Shown here: one piece after another, positions 55,002-56,894 of the stretch
How positions within the stretch are numbered: position 1 is the stretch's first letter
Layout: the number at the start of each line of letters is the position of its first letter
IMG/VR virus record: IMGVR_UViG_3300032331_001429
Location: 1 to 56,894 of that record
Source: a virus
Lineage: Duplodnaviria > Caudoviricetes
Length of the DNA: 56,894 nucleotides
Direction: 5' to 3' (one strand)
Translations under genes and position numbers: made by a program
The notes under the pieces: generated by a model
What the model was told of the DNA's origin: nothing
The model's input: the letters and a program-made list of their open reading frames with translations, nothing else
Databases searched by the model: none

Positions 55002-56096
55002 TTACTCGCATGGGCCACAAACTAAATCAATATATACATAGTCAGGGAATATGACCTGGAAACCGCCGAGGCTAATCCAGTTAGAGCATTCTATTATAAA
55101 TCTGTACACCTTACCTGGAGTCAAAATTAATGCTCTTGGTACACCGAAATGATCTTTAGAATTTGTGTACAATTCGTTTTCATTAAATGGATTAAACAAC
55201 TCAAAAGGTCTATTTCTAGGATGCCCTAAAGGTGCCGCTATATAAGCATCAGGTGGCGCATTTGCCGACAGAAGTGGCTCCCATTTTGATTTTCTCCATG
55301 TGTAAGGCGGATTCTTGTCTATTGGCCAATTATGGGTAAGGGGAGTGTCAACTATAAATCCTCCTGCAAATGCCATAGGAGCTTCAAAAATTACACCAGG
55401 AAGGGTACCCCATCCCGTACCTCCTCCAAACAACGGAACAGGATTAAATAACTGCTCACCGTACTGTATGCCTGGAGTAACTCCGCCAGCAGATGGAACA
55501 CCAAGTCCTAGACCGCATGGGCTAGTTGGGTCAACTATAAAAGGTAGCCGTCTACCAAGGTACCCCCATCCTCCCCAAATTCCTTCTAAGTTATTTGGCA
55601 CTCTGTCAAGAAAATTTGAAGCGTGCTCATACAATGTAAATATATTCTTTTTTGGTAAATTGGCTAAAGCACTGTAATTTGCAGTTGCATATACTAAATT
55701 AGGAAATCCTTGTAGAGGATCCGTACTAGGTGGAAGGGGGATAACATCTACATAAAGTTCTATACTTCCATTTGACGCAGGAGCGCACCTATTTGTTGAG
55801 ACTAAAGTTTTATTCTGGGTATTGACTATTGTTTTAGGCTGACATACTGGTTTTATAGGCGTGTCTGCTCCCTTTCTAAATTTTAGGCCTACTGCAGCGG
55901 TTGGTATACTAACACTTGGATTAAAAGGATTAATCTCACTCATAACAAAGGTCGCGATAAGGTTCATACCGGCTGTTGTTGTGTTTAGATCAATATTATA
56001 AGAACCTATTGGGACTCCTTGTACACTATTAACAGTATAAGATTGACGACTAAGATTTACCGTAAGTTTTCCACCGTTGTCTGAACATGTTGCCAT
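55002..56096 (-). CDS. Pro/Gly-rich Cys-bracketed paralog (long subtype)
   Basis: 364 aa; MATCSDNGG...DHFGVPRALILTPGKVYRF...YIDLVCGPCE. Confidence 0.8.
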   Translation of the reverse strand: MATCSDNGGKLTVNLSRQSYTVNSVQGVPIGSYNIDLNTTTAGMNLIATFVMSEINPFNPSVSIPTAAVGLKFRKGADTPIKPVCQPKTIVNTQNKTLVSTNRCAPASNGSIELYVDVIPLPPSTDPLQGFPNLVYATANYSALANLPKKNIFTLYEHASNFLDRVPNNLEGIWGGWGYLGRRLPFIVDPTSPCGLGLGVPSAGGVTPGIQYGEQLFNPVPLFGGGTGWGTLPGVIFEAPMAFAGGFIVDTPLTHNWPIDKNPPYTWRKSKWEPLLSANAPPDAYIAAPLGHPRNRPFELFNPFNENELYTNSKDHFGVPRALILTPGKVYRFIIECSNWISLGGFQVIFPDYVYIDLVCGPCE

Positions 56097-56213
56097 GATT
56101 AATCTCTTAAATTTTCTTTACTTTATTAAAAAAATTTACACATTACTTAGTTGTGTATTAAAATTACAGCTAAGTATTATTCGCATGGACCACAAACTAA
56201 ATCAATATATACA
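55002..56213. repeat. Imperfect direct repeat between 3' ends of the two paralogs (55002-55038 vs 56177-56213)
   Basis: 35/37 nt identical by manual comparison; a second block 55114-55159 vs 56289-56334 is 40/46 identical. Confidence 0.85.
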
Positions 56214-56893
56214 ATATCCGGCCACTCAATTCTCATAGGACCCAGATATAATGGACTTGTGACTACTATGCCAAACCTGTATACTCTGCCTGGAGTTAGA
56301 GTTAATGCTCTTGGCACACCAAAATGATCTCTAGGAGTTGGATATATTCCTTCGTAAACAAAAGGAAGGAATATACTTTGAGGAGTATTAGTAGGAGTTC
56401 CTAGTGGTCCCGTTGGATTTACATTAGGAGGAGTTAATATATAACCTGGAGGTTGCCATCCACCTAATGTTGTGGAGTCAACAATATTCCAGTCGTGGGT
56501 TAGTGGCTGATCAAACATCGAAAATCCGGCAAAAGGGAACGGCAAGCTGTGCGGCCCCGGCTGAGCTGGATTTAGCGGATAGTCTAAAGATATGCGACTC
56601 CACAATAATTCATTATACTGTATGCCTACTGGTTGCCCAAAAGGTCCTATATCTCCAAGCGATTGACCCAAAGGACTAGTGGGGTCAATTACAAGAGGCA
56701 AAGATCTTGAAAGATAACCTTGGTTACCTAATATTCCTGGATAGAAATTAGAAAAATTGCTTATTAGGTTTGAAGGGTGCTCACAAAGATAAAACCTATT
56801 TTTTCTAGGAAAAACATCAAACGTCGGGAGTAAGGCGAAATTACTTATAGTGGGGATTTGCTGTAAAGGGTCTAAAAATATAGGATTAGAAAT
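56177..56893 (-). CDS. Close paralog of 55002-56096, 5' truncated by window edge
   Basis: Frame stays open beyond the track start at 56701 to the window end (...DPLQQIP...FPRKNRFYLCEHPSN...GYLSRSLPLVIDPTSP) and aligns with the neighbour; same C-terminus YIDLVCGPCE. Confidence 0.8.
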   Translation of the reverse strand: MSNPIFLDPLQQIPTISNFALLPTFDVFPRKNRFYLCEHPSNLISNFSNFYPGILGNQGYLSRSLPLVIDPTSPLGQSLGDIGPFGQPVGIQYNELLWSRISLDYPLNPAQPGPHSLPFPFAGFSMFDQPLTHDWNIVDSTTLGGWQPPGYILTPPNVNPTGPLGTPTNTPQSIFLPFVYEGIYPTPRDHFGVPRALTLTPGRVYRFGIVVTSPLYLGPMRIEWPDIVYIDLVCGPCE

Positions 56894-56894
56894 A

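Noticed and set aside
55002-56334. Diversity-generating retroelement (TR/VR) explanation for the repeats in the paralog pair
   Set aside because: Mismatches are mixed transitions, mostly at synonymous positions, not adenine-specific; both copies are coding; no reverse transcriptase in the window.
2931-56679. All plus-strand ORFs in the track (e.g. 12857-13264, 16673-17065, 24088-24468, 45756-46139, 49407-49841, 55315-55677)
   Set aside because: They lie antisense to long, motif-bearing minus-strand genes, have shadow-like composition and no recognisable motifs; best explained as antisense shadows.
1-56894. CRISPR array, rRNA/tRNA genes, integrase or IS elements
   Set aside because: No regularly spaced repeats, RNA gene signatures or recombinase/transposase motifs seen; intergenic gaps are too short for most of these.

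Overview
This window is a dense, fully co-oriented (all credible genes on the - strand) virion morphogenesis region of a large tailed dsDNA phage with a contractile tail (myovirus-like). In transcription order (right to left) it holds: a tandem array of about nine Cys-bracketed, Thr/Gly-rich paralogous proteins (49.9-56.9 kb); small accessory genes; a probable small terminase; basic glycine-zipper proteins; an RNase H-fold exonuclease; large terminase; portal; prohead protease/scaffold; a decoration protein; major capsid; a 1133-aa lyase-like virion protein; neck proteins; sheath; three tail-tube paralogs; two chaperone-like proteins; a tape-measure-like protein; a 1635-aa protein; a 2083-aa baseplate hub; wedge proteins; and a truncated fibre-like gene. 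The main find is the 1635-aa ORF in the tape-measure locus (12682-17589). By eye it carries, in the correct order, beta-like and then beta-prime-like motifs of a two-barrel (DPBB) RNA polymerase, with a variant catalytic loop (QMHPLAFKMFERDVDND) and a C-terminal hydrophobic helix, so it is a candidate single-chain, virion-delivered RNA polymerase. Other points of note are the 8-Cys paralog array, a ~130-nt four-hairpin intergenic RNA (31311-31438), a leader-peptide/terminator element (49004-49090) and a recurring intergenic ACACGTA(A) motif. All protein assignments come from motif recognition and gene order; no searches were run. I saw no tRNA, rRNA, CRISPR array, integrase or transposase.
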